Shown here one piece after another: positions 1-10,159 of a stretch of DNA of 29,718 nucleotides. The translations under genes were made by a program, and so were the position numbers. Source of the stretch: Chiloscyllium plagiosum. Taxonomy: Eukaryota. Each line of letters opens with the position of its first letter. Within the stretch, counting starts at the first letter, position 1. The stretch lies in the NCBI RefSeq assembly GCF_004010195.1, contig NC_057719.1, positions 56,965,187 to 56,994,904 of the forward strand. Reading direction: 5' to 3'. Below the pieces are notes generated by a model that saw nothing but the letters and a program-made list of their open reading frames with translations, was not told the origin of the DNA and did no database searches.

Positions 1-677
1 TTAACTGTATATTTTCCTCTTGCTTCTGACTTCCCAAAATACATTACCTCACACTTGTCTAGATTAAACTCCATTTGCCAATTTTCCACCCAGTTTTCCA
101 ACTGATCTATATCCTGCTGTATCTTTTGATAACATTTCTCATTATCCACAACTCCACTAATTCAAGTTATTCACATGTTACAAACAACAGAGGTCCCCGT
201 ACTGATCCTTATGGAACATCACTGGTCACAGACTTTCAGTCAGAAAAACATCCCTCCTCAATAATTCCTATCTCCTTCAGGCAAACTAATGTACCAAGGA
301 TCCCATACGACTTAATCTTTTTGACCAACCAACCATGAGGGACCTTGTCAAATGCTTGAGTAATATCCACGTAGACAACATCTACTGCCCTATTCTCAAT
401 TATCTGCATCACTTCCTTAAGAAACTCCATCAAATTTGTGAGACAAGACCTCCCTGGAATACAGCCATGCTGACTAGCCCTAGTAAGCGAATTCTTTTCC
501 AAATGTCAGTAAATCTTGCCCCTAAGAATCTTCTCCACTAAGTTCCCCATCACAGATGGAAAGCTCAGTGGTGTATAATTTCCTGGATTATCCTTATTGT
601 CCTTCTTAAACATAATAGCATTGGTTATACTCCAGTCTTCTGGAATCTCATCTGTGGCTAAACAGGATACAAAGATC
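1..677 (-). mobile_element. CR1/HER1-like LINE ORF2 reverse-transcriptase region, degraded (left part of a copy split by a Penelope insertion)
   Basis: ORFs give QHG...GRSCLTNLMEF...AVDVVYVDITQAFDKVPH and IPEDW...FKKDNKDNPGNYTPLS, which are CR1 RT motifs. Frameshifted. Confidence 0.9.
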
Positions 678-1329
678 AAAGTTTGTGAAAAGATTTGTAG
701 CTCGGGTGCTCGTTGTTGTGGTTCTGTTCGCCGAGCTGGGAATTTGTGTTGCAGATGTTTCGTCCCCTGTCGAGGTGACATCCTCAGTGCTTGGGAGCCT
801 CCTGTGAAGCGCTTCTGTGATCTTTCCTCCGGCATTTATAGTGGTTTGAATCTGCTGCTTCTGGTTGTCAGTTCCAGCTGTCCATTGCAGTGGTCGGTAT
901 ATTGGGTCCAGGTCGATGTGCTTATTGATTGAATCTGTGGATGAGTGCCATGCCTCTAGGAATTCCCTGGCTGTTCTCTGTTTGGCTTGTCCTATAATAG
1001 TAGTGTTGTCCCAGTCGAATTCATGTTGCTTGTCATCTGCGTGTAGGGCTACTAAGGATAGCTGGTCGTGTCGTTTCGTGGCTAGTTGGTGTGGCACTCA
1101 TCCACAGATTCAATCAATAAGCACATCGACCTGGACCCAATATACCGACCACTGCAACGCACAGCTGGAACTGACAACCGGAAGCGGCAGATTCGAACCA
1201 CTATAAATGCCAGAGGATAGATCACAGAAGCGCTTCACAGGAGGCTCCCAAGCACTGAGGATGTCACCTAGACGGGACGAAACGTCCGCAACACAAATTC
1301 CCAGCTCGGCGAACAGAACCACGACAAGC
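678..1329 (-). mobile_element. Penelope-like element remnant: GIY-YIG endonuclease C-terminus with inverted terminal arms (about 712-950 and 1092-1326) and an 11 bp TSD
   Basis: ORF 648..1097 reads HQLATKRHDQLSLVALHADDKQHEFDWDNTTII...AREFLEAWHS...SINKHIDLDPIY, typical of the PLE GIY-YIG tail. ATACAAAGATC occurs at 667-677 and 1330-1340. Confidence 0.88.
1251..1290 (+). ncRNA. Hammerhead-ribozyme motif in the Penelope arm (mirror copy on the minus strand at 750-791)
   Basis: GCA-CTGAGGA-TGTC...GAC-GAAA-CGTC-CGC. The mirror copy reads GCA-CTGAGGA...GAAA-CATC-TGC. Confidence 0.55.
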
Positions 1330-1995
1330 ATACAAAGATCTCTATCAAGATGCCAGAAATCTCTTGCCTTGCCTCGTTCAATATCCTGGGATAAATCACA
1401 TCAGGCCCTGGGAGTTTGTCTAGCTTAATGCTTTTCAAGACACCCAACAACGCCACTTTCTTAATATCAATATGCTCCAGATTATCAACATACCTCTCCC
1501 TAATCTTACCATCATCCACATCCTTCTCCTTAGTGAATACCAGTCTAAACTACTAAGGACTTCATTCACTTCCTCTGGCTCCATGCAGAAATTCCCTCCT
1601 TCGTCCTTGATGAACCTCTCTTTCCCTTGTTACTGTCTTGCTCCTGTTAAGTATAAAATGCCTCTGTATTCTTCCTAATCCTACTTGCCAAGGTCTTCGG
1701 TGACCACTTCTAATCTATTGGTGAGTTCTGTTCTGCTTCTTTTATATTCCTCAAGGGCCTTGCTTGATTTCAGTTTCCTAAATATATGCTTCTTTTTCTT
1801 TTTGACTAAATCTTCAGAAACTGTTGTCATCCAACATTTGAAGCCTTGCCAGCCTTATCCTTCACTCTCACAGGACAATGCTTGTCCTGAACTCTGATCA
1901 ACTGGCCTTTAAAAGATTCCACATGTCAGATGTGGATTTACCCTCAAACAGCCACCTCCCATCTAATTTCTCCAGTATATGTCTACTACTATTGT
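1330..1995 (-). mobile_element. CR1-like LINE ORF2, continuation of the 1-677 copy (EN-RT linker)
   Basis: ORF 1268..1519 reads LKSIKLDKLPGPDVIYPRILNEARQEI, the CR1 SPGPD..PR.L motif. It joins 1-677 once the insert is removed. Confidence 0.85.
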
Positions 1996-3120
1996 AGAGT
2001 CATAGAGTGATAGAGGCCCTTCAGCCCAACTCATTCATGCTGATCAGGTTTCCAAAAGTGAACTAGTCTCATTTGCCTGCGTTTGGCCCAAATCCCTCTA
2101 ATCCTTTCCTATCCATGTACCTATCTTATCCTGGGGAAAAGACCTTGACTATACACCTTATCCATGCCCCTTGTGATTTTATAAACCTCTGAAAGGTCAC
2201 CCCTCAGCCTCCTACTCTCTAGGGAAAAGACCCACCTATCCAGCCTCGCCTTATAACTCAAGCGTTCCAGTCTCAGTAACATCCTTGTAAATCTTTTCTG
2301 CACCCTTTACAGTTTCATAATATCCTTCCTATAGCAGGGTGACCAGAATTGTATTCAGTATGCCAAATGTGCCCTTTCCAATGTCTTGTACAGCTGCTAA
2401 AGGATGCCCCAACTCCTGTACTCAATGATTTGACCAATGAAAGTAAGCATGCCAAACACTTTCTTCACCATCCTGTCTACCCATGACACCACTTTCAAGG
2501 AACTAAGTACCTGCACCCCTAGGTTTCTGTTCAAAAACACTACCATTAACTGTATAAGTTCTGTCCCCAGTTTTTCAAACCAAAATGCCTCACATTTATC
2601 TGGATTAATCCCCATCTCCCACTCCTCAGGCCACCTGGCCAGTTGCTTAAGGTCCCATTGTATTCCTAAATAACGTTCTTCACTATCCACGATACCAACA
2701 ATTTTGGTGTCATCAACAAACTTGCTAACCAAACTGCCTATATTCTCACTCAAATTGCTTATATAAACAACAAATGACAGTGGACCCAGCACCAAAATTT
2801 GCGGCACACTGTTGGTCACAGGCCTCCAGCCTGAACAACAACCCTCCACTACCACCCTCTGTCTTTTAGCTTGAATCCAATTTTGTATCCAACTGGCTAG
2901 CTCTCTCTGGATCCTATGTGATCTAACCTTACTAACAGGTCTACCACGTGGAACCTTGTCAAAGCTTTACTTTGTGAAGTCCAATTATATGTAGACAATG
3001 TCTACTGCCCTGCCTTCATCTATTGTCTAGGTAACCTCTTCAAAAAACCTTAATCAAATTTGAGAGACACGATTTCCCAAACATAAAGCTATGCTGACTA
3101 TCCCGAATCAGTCCTTGCCT
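1996..3120 (-). mobile_element. CR1-like LINE 3' half (RT C-terminus and 3' tail)
   Basis: ORFs read VPQILVLGPLSFVVYISNL...SKFVDDTKI and QKRFTRML..LERLSYKARLDR..FSLESRRLRGDL.EVYKI. Tail-like repeat near 1996. Confidence 0.9.
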
Positions 3121-3123
3121 TTC

Positions 3124-3370
3124 CGGCAATTCTCAGTCAGAAGTGCCATATGAATGATCCATCTCTGCCTCCTCAGTGGTCCCCAGCATTACAAATACAA
3201 GTCTTCAGCCAATTTGATTCACTCCAAGAAACAGGTGGAATCACTGGATACTACAAAGGCTATGAGCCCTGACAACATTTTGGCAATAGTACTGAAGGCA
3301 TGTGTTCCAGAACCTGCTGCTCCCCTAGCCAAGCTGTTCCAGTACAGTTACAACACTGGCATTACGCAGA
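3124..3370 (+). mobile_element. LINE ORF2 fragment (L2/CR1-clade, same family as 7150-9735)
   Basis: ORF 3154..3375 reads LDTTKAMSPDNILAIVLKACVPEPAAPLAKLFQYSYNTGI, a pre-RT LINE motif. Confidence 0.75.
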
Positions 3371-3379
3371 GATAGCTTC

Positions 3380-4680
3380 GCTGATTTTTAAGCAAGTCTA
3401 TTCTCTTCATAGTTACATTTTTGCCCTAATATGCTTGTAAATCTCTCTGGATTCTCATTTACCTTATCTGCCAAAGCTATCTGATATCCCCTCTTTAACC
3501 TCCTGACTTCCTTCTTAAGTGTACTCCTAAGACACCCTGTACCCCTCAAGTGACTCACTCAATCCTGGCTGCCTGTACCTGATATATCTCATAATTTTTC
3601 TTGACTAGAGTATTATCTCTCGTCATCCAGTGTTGCCTACACCTGCCAGCTTTCCCCTTCACTCAGGAACATGCTGACCCTGAAATCTCATCATCTCGAA
3701 AGCCTCCCACTTGGCAAACACCTGCAAGCAGCCTCCCACAATCAATTTTTGAAAGTTCCTGTTTAATACCATAAAAAAATTGGTCTTTACCCATTTTTGA
3801 ACTTTAACATGTGGACCAAGACCTATCCTTTTGCATAATTCTATTAGTTTTAAGGTAGCTATGGTCATTGATCCCAAAGCGCTCCCCCACTAACATCTCA
3901 GTCACTTTCCCTGCCTTATTTCCCAAGAGGAGGTCAAAGTTTGACCCTACTCTACTAGGGCCATCTATGTGGTTAATAAGGCTTTCCTGAATGCATCTAA
4001 ATTTCTCCCCATCCAAGCCCATAACATGATGGCCATCTCAGTTTATGCTTGGAAAGTTAAAATCCCCTACAAATCCTATTATTCTTACAGCTATTAGCAA
4101 TCTCCCTATATATTTGCTCTTCAATTTTCTGCTGGCTATTTGGAGGCCTGTAATACAATTCCATCAAAGTGATTACCCCCTTCTTATATCTCAGTTCCAC
4201 ACAGTTTCACTGGACAATCCCTCCATGATGCTTTCCCTAATCAAAATGCCACTCCCCTCCTCTCTTGCCTCTTCTATCTTCCCAATAGCATCTGTACCCT
4301 GGAACATTGAGCTGCCAGATCTGTCCTTCCTTCAGCCATGTGTCTGTAATGGCTATGATATCCCAGTCCTATGTTCCCATCCATGTTGTGTTCATCTGCC
4401 TTACTCATCAGGCTTTTTGTACTGAAATAAATATAGTTTAATTCATCAAATCTTCCGTCATTCCCTGGCATGCTCTTGTATGCCTTGTCTATTTAATTTT
4501 CTCTAACTTCTGTACTAGTCTCACTCTTCTTTTTGCCTCAGTATTGGTTAGGGCCCCAACTCCTATCAGACTAGTTTAAACTCTCCCGAGTATCTCTAAC
4601 AAATCTCTCGACCAGGATATTGGTGCCCCTCCAGTTCAGTTGCCTGTTGCACAGGTCACCTCAGCCCCAGAAGAGATCAC
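3380..4680 (-). mobile_element. CR1-like LINE: ORF1 esterase C-terminus and ORF2 APE endonuclease, degraded
   Basis: Minus strand gives GTNILVERFVRDTRESLN* (about 4570-4630), followed by EN motifs CIQESL..HIDGPSR...DLLLGN...GERFGINDH. Confidence 0.8.
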
Positions 4681-5220
4681 AATGATAATGCATTTAATAT
4701 TCATAGCTAAAACATTTTCAAGATAGAGAGAAACAGTGCAGCAGGGGATGGTGCAGGGTTATGTTAGTGAAGGGTTCAATCACAGCCTTAGAATGAAAGG
4801 ATGTCCAAGGAAAATGTACAAATATTAAATTTGTTTGCAAAGAGCAACACTTTCCTTTTTTTAAATTTACAAGTATGGGGGCAAGAGCATTAATGGTGAC
4901 TAAGCTTTTCTCCTTCTTGTTGCAGCATTGGAGTTGTGTGGAGTGAGTATGTTCACGGTGTTTGGAGGCAATGTAGTGCTCTTCACTGTTTTCAAAGGCC
5001 ACTCCTTACTTTTTCATCTGTACCTCCTATTTCCTCCAGAGTTGGGCGTTTGGAGTCTCCCCTAACCTAGCAGGCAGATCTCAATGTTTTCCCAGTCAGA
5101 AACTTAGCCAGCTTTCTCACCGCCAGAGAGACAGGTGACTGGGGATGAGCTAAGGCATTTATGTGGTTAATTTGTTTATAATACAATTTGTTACAATGTG
5201 GTATATCGATTAATTGGCAT

Positions 5221-5535
5221 TTAGATTAGATTCCCTACGTGTGGAAACAGTCCCTTCGGCCCAACAAGTCCACACCGAGCCTCTGAAGAGTAAACCACCC
5301 AGTTCCACTTTCCTCTCACTATGCACCTAACACTATGGGCAATTTAGCATGGCTAATTCACTTGACCTGCACATCTTTGGACTGTGGAAGGAAACCGGAG
5401 CACCCAGAGGAAACCCATGCAGACACGGGGAGAATGTGCAAACTCCACACAAACAGTCACCTGAGGCTGGAATCGAACCTGGGACCCTGATGCTGTGAGG
5501 CAGCAGTGCTAACCACCGAGCCACCATGCTGCCCC
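5221..5535 (-). mobile_element. HE1-type tRNA-derived SINE
   Basis: A box (TGGCTCGGTGG), B box (GGTTCGATTCC), V-SINE-like core TGTGTGGAGTTTGCACATTCTCCCCGTG and AATCT tail. Confidence 0.9.
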
Positions 5536-6069
5536 TGTTAACAGTTGAGTTGAGTTGACAAGGTTGCCAGTGGACCTTCTTGCCCTGTACTTAAGGAGTG
5601 AAAGGTTTCTCTCCTGGGCCAACTCAGTCCATTATTTCCTTGTTTCACTTTCTCTAGAGAGGGGAAAACTGCATCCAGAGAATTGAGAAATTAGAAGGGA
5701 AAAATCACACAATGCTCAGTTAACTTTATAAACTCCAAAGAATGCAGGGAAGATTGAGGGAGCAGGATGTCGACAGTGCAGAAAACATGCATGGGAAATA
5801 TTATTAGAATGATTTAACTACCATGTAACAGACTAATAAGAGCTGATACATGCAGTTATATTAGAATATTCAGGAATTTACAACATGCAAGTGCAGTGCT
5901 CCTGTGGGAACCACACCAATTTAGACCTTCCTTATAAACTAAAACTTGGAAATACAATTAATAAAGGTCAATTAAATTTTGCAGGACCATCAGGAGACTA
6001 GTCAAGACTACTGGAAAAAATTAAACACCTGATTCAGTTTTTAGCCTCCTTCCAATTTATCAGATTCAT

Positions 6070-6630
6070 CTGCAGGACTAGTCTTATCCTTTTTCCATAA
6101 ATTCCTTAACTTAAGGAATCATGATCACTGTTCCTAAAATGCTCCCGCACAAACTTCAATCACCTGGCCAGGTTCATTCACCAGCACAAGGCCTAGTACA
6201 ACCCCTTGCCTAGTTGGACCATCTACATATTGTTTCAAGAAACCTTCCTTAAAACACTGAACAAATTCTACCCTAAGCCCCTGGCATTAAGGCAGTCTCA
6301 GTCAATGTTGAGGAAGTTAAAAATCACCCATTACAATAACCCTATTGTTTTTACATCTTTCTGTGATCTGCTTATATATCTGTTCCTCTGTGTCCCACTG
6401 ATTATAGGGAGGCCTGCGTAAATTCCCATCCTCGTGAGTGCACCTTATTTATTTTTAAGTTCTACCTATTAGGTCTCATTGGAAGAGTCCTCCAATATAT
6501 CCTCTCTTTGTCACAGCTGTGAAATTCCCCCTTTTACATCCCTCTCTATCTTGCTCTCATCTGAGACATCTAAATCCAGCAACTTTGAGCCGCCAGTCCT
6601 CACCTTCTTTCAACCGACTTTCTGGAGGTC
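6070..6630 (-). mobile_element. Degraded CR1-like endonuclease region
   Basis: Nucleotide similarity to the 3850-4330 endonuclease region, for example GAAGTTAAAAATCACC versus AAAGTTAAAATCCCC. Confidence 0.6.
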
Positions 6631-6729
6631 ACAATATCAAATGGCTCAGCAAAGCTCTTCAACGGCTTAGCTACATCTTAAGTCCATTTTAAAGAAAAAT
6701 ATAATCACAATAATGTAAATATCATAATA

Positions 6730-6806
6730 ATCCTCAATGGCAACTAGGGACAGGCAATAAATGCTGGCCAGCCATCGACATCCACATCCCATGAATGAAT
6801 AAAAGA
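6730..6806 (+). mobile_element. Isolated 3' end of an L2/CR1-clade LINE
   Basis: GGCAACTAGGGACAGGCAATAAATGCTGGCC...CATCCCATGAATGAATAAAA, similar to the 3' end near 9665-9730. Confidence 0.65.
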
Positions 6807-7295
6807 AGTGTAGTATTCCATTGATGGAAAGTATTCGAAGCACATATTGACAACAAGTAACGGATCAATCATAGCTCTTTCTGAGTGTTAGCCCTATAAA
6901 AACAAAATAAAATTCAAAATGTCTAAAACATAATCTACTCTTGTTTAGAATTTCGAGAGTAAGCTAATATTTCACATCTGACCAGCATACATGATATTCT
7001 GCATAATCTTCAAGTAACAATTTCCAAGTAACAAATTGGCTGGATCATTCTATGAAGAGAGATCAAGCAAAGATTGAGCACAGAAGAGGTCAATGATGCT
7101 GTTTAGTGGCATTTGCCGAGTAATAAACTACTTGCTGATATGTAGTTGAGTCTCTTCAAAGGTCTCTCAGTTCTCCACCTCATGTCAGACTTGGTCCAAA
7201 CATGGACAAAAAGAGGTCAACTGAGAGGAACTGCCCTTGACATCACTGCAGTATTTGATCAAGTATAGCATCAAGGAGCTCTAGCATGCAATTAG

Positions 7296-7513
7296 AGTAC
7301 AGAGTGTGGTGCTGGAAAAGCAGAGCAGGTCAGACAGTACCCGAGGAGCAGGATAGTTCACATTTCAAACAGAAGCCCTTCATCAGGAATGTCTGAAGGG
7401 CTTTTGCCCGAAACATTGACTCTCCTGCCCCTCGGATGCTGCCTGATCTGCTGTGCTTTTCCAGCACCACACTCTCAACTCTCATCTTCAGCATCTGCAG
7501 TCCTCACTTTCTC
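7296..7513. mobile_element. Palindromic non-autonomous Penelope-type element with degenerate hammerhead cores
   Basis: Inverted arms at about 7294-7387 and 7393-7482. Flanked by CTAGCATGCAATTAG (7281-7295) and CTAGCATACCATTAG (7514-7528). Same family as 9172-9392. Confidence 0.75.
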
Positions 7514-7652
7514 CTAGCATACCATTAGTCTATGAGAACATGGGAAAATCTCTGCTGGTTGGAGTCATACCTTGCACAAAGGAAGATGGTTCTGGTTGTT
7601 GGAGGTCAATCATCTCAGTCCCATGAAGTTACTGAATGTTACTCCCCCGGGC

Positions 7653-8309
7653 AAATATGTTTTTGTCAACCTGATCGGACATATTAGGACACACGTCGAG
7701 AGGAGATGGACTTGAACCCAGGCCTTTTGGCTCACAGGTAGGGACATTATCACTGAACCAGTGTCTTAGACTCAACCAACCTCAGCTGCATCAGATCATA
7801 AGCGAGGATGCTATTGATAAACTGAGGCCCTGTTGTGGTGCATTGTCCTTGCCCCTGAACCTTTGTTCAAATTCTATCTGCTCCAGAGGTGTCTAATAAC
7901 AGCTCTGAACAGGTTGATTAGAAAATATTCACTGATAATTAGACTCATGCTCTTGTGGCACAATAGTGGTGTCCCTAACTCCTGGGTTCAAGACCCACCT
8001 GCTGCAGAGATGTGTAATGATATTGCTGAATGAGATGATTCAAAAAATTAATTAAATTCATTGATAAATGGGGCTCTTGCAGCATAATGATGGCTCAGAG
8101 GGAGGGAAACTAAGTCTGAGATTCAAATTCTACCTTGCTGCAAGGTACGCAATAACACATCTGAACAGTTTGATTTAACACCTTTCTTATAAATGGAGCT
8201 GTTCTGCCGCACTACAGAATCCCTATCTCTGAGTCGGAAGGCCCAAGTACAAGTCCCACTTGTGTGTGATGAGTAATGGCACGTCCAAACAGGTTGATTT
8301 GAAAATATC
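7653..8309. repeat. Cluster of five short (~100-120 bp) tRNA-derived SINE-like copies: one minus (7653-7760) and four plus in tandem (about 7826, 7949, 8070, 8196)
   Basis: The copies share GCTCTTGTGG-like starts, a B-box-like GGTTCAAG/TTCAAA motif and a CTGAACAGGTTGATT-like end. Confidence 0.65.
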
Positions 8310-8333
8310 TTCACTGCTAATTGTACAATGTTT

Positions 8334-8647
8334 GGGGGGGACGGTGACGCAGTGGTTAGCACTGCTGCCTCACCCGGGTTCAATTCCCGCCTCAGGCGAC
8401 TGACTGTGTGGAGTTTGCACATTCTCCCCGTGTCTCCCCGGGTGCTCCGGTTTCCTCCCACAGTCCAAAGATGTGCAGGTCAGGTGAATTGGCCATGCTA
8501 AATTGCCCGTAGTGTTAGGTAAGGAGTAAATGTAGGGGTATGGGTGGGTTGCGCTTCGGCGGGTCGGTGTGAACTTGTTGGGCCGAAGGGCCTGTTTCCA
8601 CACTGTAAGTAATCTAATCTAATCTAATCTAATCTAATCTAATCTAA
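8334..8647 (+). mobile_element. HE1-type SINE, young, with (AATCT)7 tail
   Basis: tRNA head, GGTTCAATTCC B box, many intact CpGs and a microsatellite tail at 8611-8647. Confidence 0.92.
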
Positions 8648-9171
8648 AATGTGCCTTACCATTTGTCATTCTCTCGACGCTGAGGTACCCCATTCCATAC
8701 ACAGCAAGATCTGGACAATATTAAAGCTTTGGCCAGTAAGTGGCCAACAGCATTCACACTACACAAGTTCCAGGCAAGGATCATCTCCAACAAAAGAGAA
8801 TCCAACCATCACTTTTTTTGGGGGGGGGGGGCTGCTGGGGTTAATGGTGATGGGGGGAGAGAGAAAGGTGGAGGAGACAAGAGAGGTTACCTTTGACCAG
8901 AAACCTGGAGTGGACTAGCCATATGAATACTGTGGCTACAGAAACAGGTCAGGGATTTGGGATTCTTCAGCAGGTAATTCACTTCCTGACTTCCCAATGC
9001 TGTCTCACTATTAACTAAGTAGAACTCAGAACTGTGATGGAATAACCTCCACTTTCTTGGTTAATTGTAGCTCCAACAGCACTCAAGAAACTGGTCACCA
9101 CCAGGTCAATGCGGCTTGTTTGCTTGGTACCCCATCTACCACCTTCAATATTCACCACCTAACATACATAG

Positions 9172-9392
9172 CTGAAAATGTGTTGCTGGGAAAGCGCAGC
9201 AGGTCAGGCAGCATCCAAGGAGCAGGAGAATCAACATTTCGGGCATGAGCCCTTCTTCAGGGCTCTTGATTCCTGAAGAAGGGCTCATGCCCGAAACGTC
9301 GATTCTCCTGCTCCTTGGATGCTGCCTGACCTGCTGCGCTTTTCCAGCAACACATTTTCAGCTCTGATCTCCAGCATCTGCAGTCCTCACTT
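9172..9392. mobile_element. Young palindromic non-autonomous Penelope-type element: 92 bp arms, 10 nt loop, 17 bp TSD
   Basis: Arms 9170-9261 and 9272-9363 are 89/92 complementary. CCACCTAACATACATAG occurs at 9155-9171 and 9393-9409. Confidence 0.85.
9270..9303 (+). ncRNA. Minimal type I hammerhead-ribozyme motif
   Basis: CTGAAGA (CUGANGA), then A, a GGGC-TCAT-GCCC stem II, GAAA and CGTC (palindromic ACGU stem III with a GUC cleavage triplet). This matches the PLE-associated minimal hammerhead layout; stem I is very short. Confidence 0.65.
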
Positions 9393-9749
9393 CCACCTAA
9401 CATACATAGTCAACTTATGTACAATCAACAAGATGCACTCCAGCAACGCACCCAAGCCTCCCAAAACAGCTTCTAAACCAGCCACTTTGACCACCTGAAA
9501 GGACAGGTGCATGGGGACATCATCATCTGCTAGTGCCTCTCTAAATCTCTCAGGATCGTAACTTTAGACTGTGTCATCATTCCTTTTCTGTCACAGAGTC
9601 AAAATGCTGCAACGTCCCTCCTAATATTATGAGAATCACAACAGTTCAAGAAACTAGCTTGCCACCAATCTTCTCAAGGTCATTTAGAGATAAACATTAG
9701 TCAAACCAGCAATATCCACATCACAGGAACAATACAACAAAAGCTAACT

Positions 9750-10150
9750 GAAACAAAGTTCTTAAAAGGTTTATCAGGACGGATGAAAAAAGAATGATAT
9801 CCTGGCTCAAGAGTCTACATCCAGGAGACAGAACAGAAAATTGGAAACTGCTCATCTCGGACTGAGGTCAGGAGGGATTTTTTCACTCGGTGGAAAATCT
9901 TTGGAATTTTCTACCCTGGAAGGCTGTATAGGCTCAGTCATTGAGATTGACAGATTTCTAAACATAAACATTAGCATATGGATGTACATGGAATAGTGTA
10001 GGTTAGATGGGCTTCAGATTGGTATGACAGGTCGGCGCAACATCGAGGGCCGAAAGGCCTGTACTGCGCTGTAATGTTCCAAAAAGGCTTCAAGAGCGAT
10101 GGAGGCTGTGCAGGAAAATGGGGTTGAGGTGGACCATCAACCATGATAGC
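9750..10150 (+). mobile_element. Old CR1-like 3' fragment with a young short LINE 3' end (9976-10079) inserted
   Basis: GGACTGAGGTCAGGAGGGATTTTTCACTC is a CR1 tail motif. The insert GGTCGGCGCAACATCGAGGGCCGAAAGGCCTGTACTGCGCTGTAATGTTC matches 28737-28840 in reverse. Confidence 0.6.
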
Positions 10151-10159
10151 TACAAGTAG

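Larger units (their letters stand above)
7150..9735 (+). mobile_element. Old L2/CR1-clade LINE (RT to 3' end) fragmented by nested insertions
   Basis: Collinear pieces read TALDITAVFDQV.HQGAL, WLESYLAQRKMVLVVGGQSS and QQDLDNIKALASKW...ISNKRESNH. The 3' tail is near 9720. Confidence 0.75.

Noticed and set aside
4718..5002. 94 aa minus-strand ORF as a possible next RALGAPA1 exon
   Set aside because: No similarity to the expected DIPQMRPKP...RWLVSFWLEPK sequence and no convincing splice pair. The next exon probably lies left of the window.
5333..5527. Recurrent similar ORFs (5333, 8123, 8370, 14956, 18207, 20805-21037) as a small gene family
   Set aside because: All are translations of HE1 SINE copies.
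7011..7034. Short direct repeats CAAGTAACAA x2 (similarly TTGCTCAAGT x2 near 21254-21279)
   Set aside because: Ordinary micro-duplications with no further structure.
7826..8309. Regularly spaced repeats as a CRISPR array or tRNA gene cluster
   Set aside because: Eukaryotic intron with diverged ~120 bp SINE-like units, no identical repeats with unique spacers, and no intact cloverleaf.
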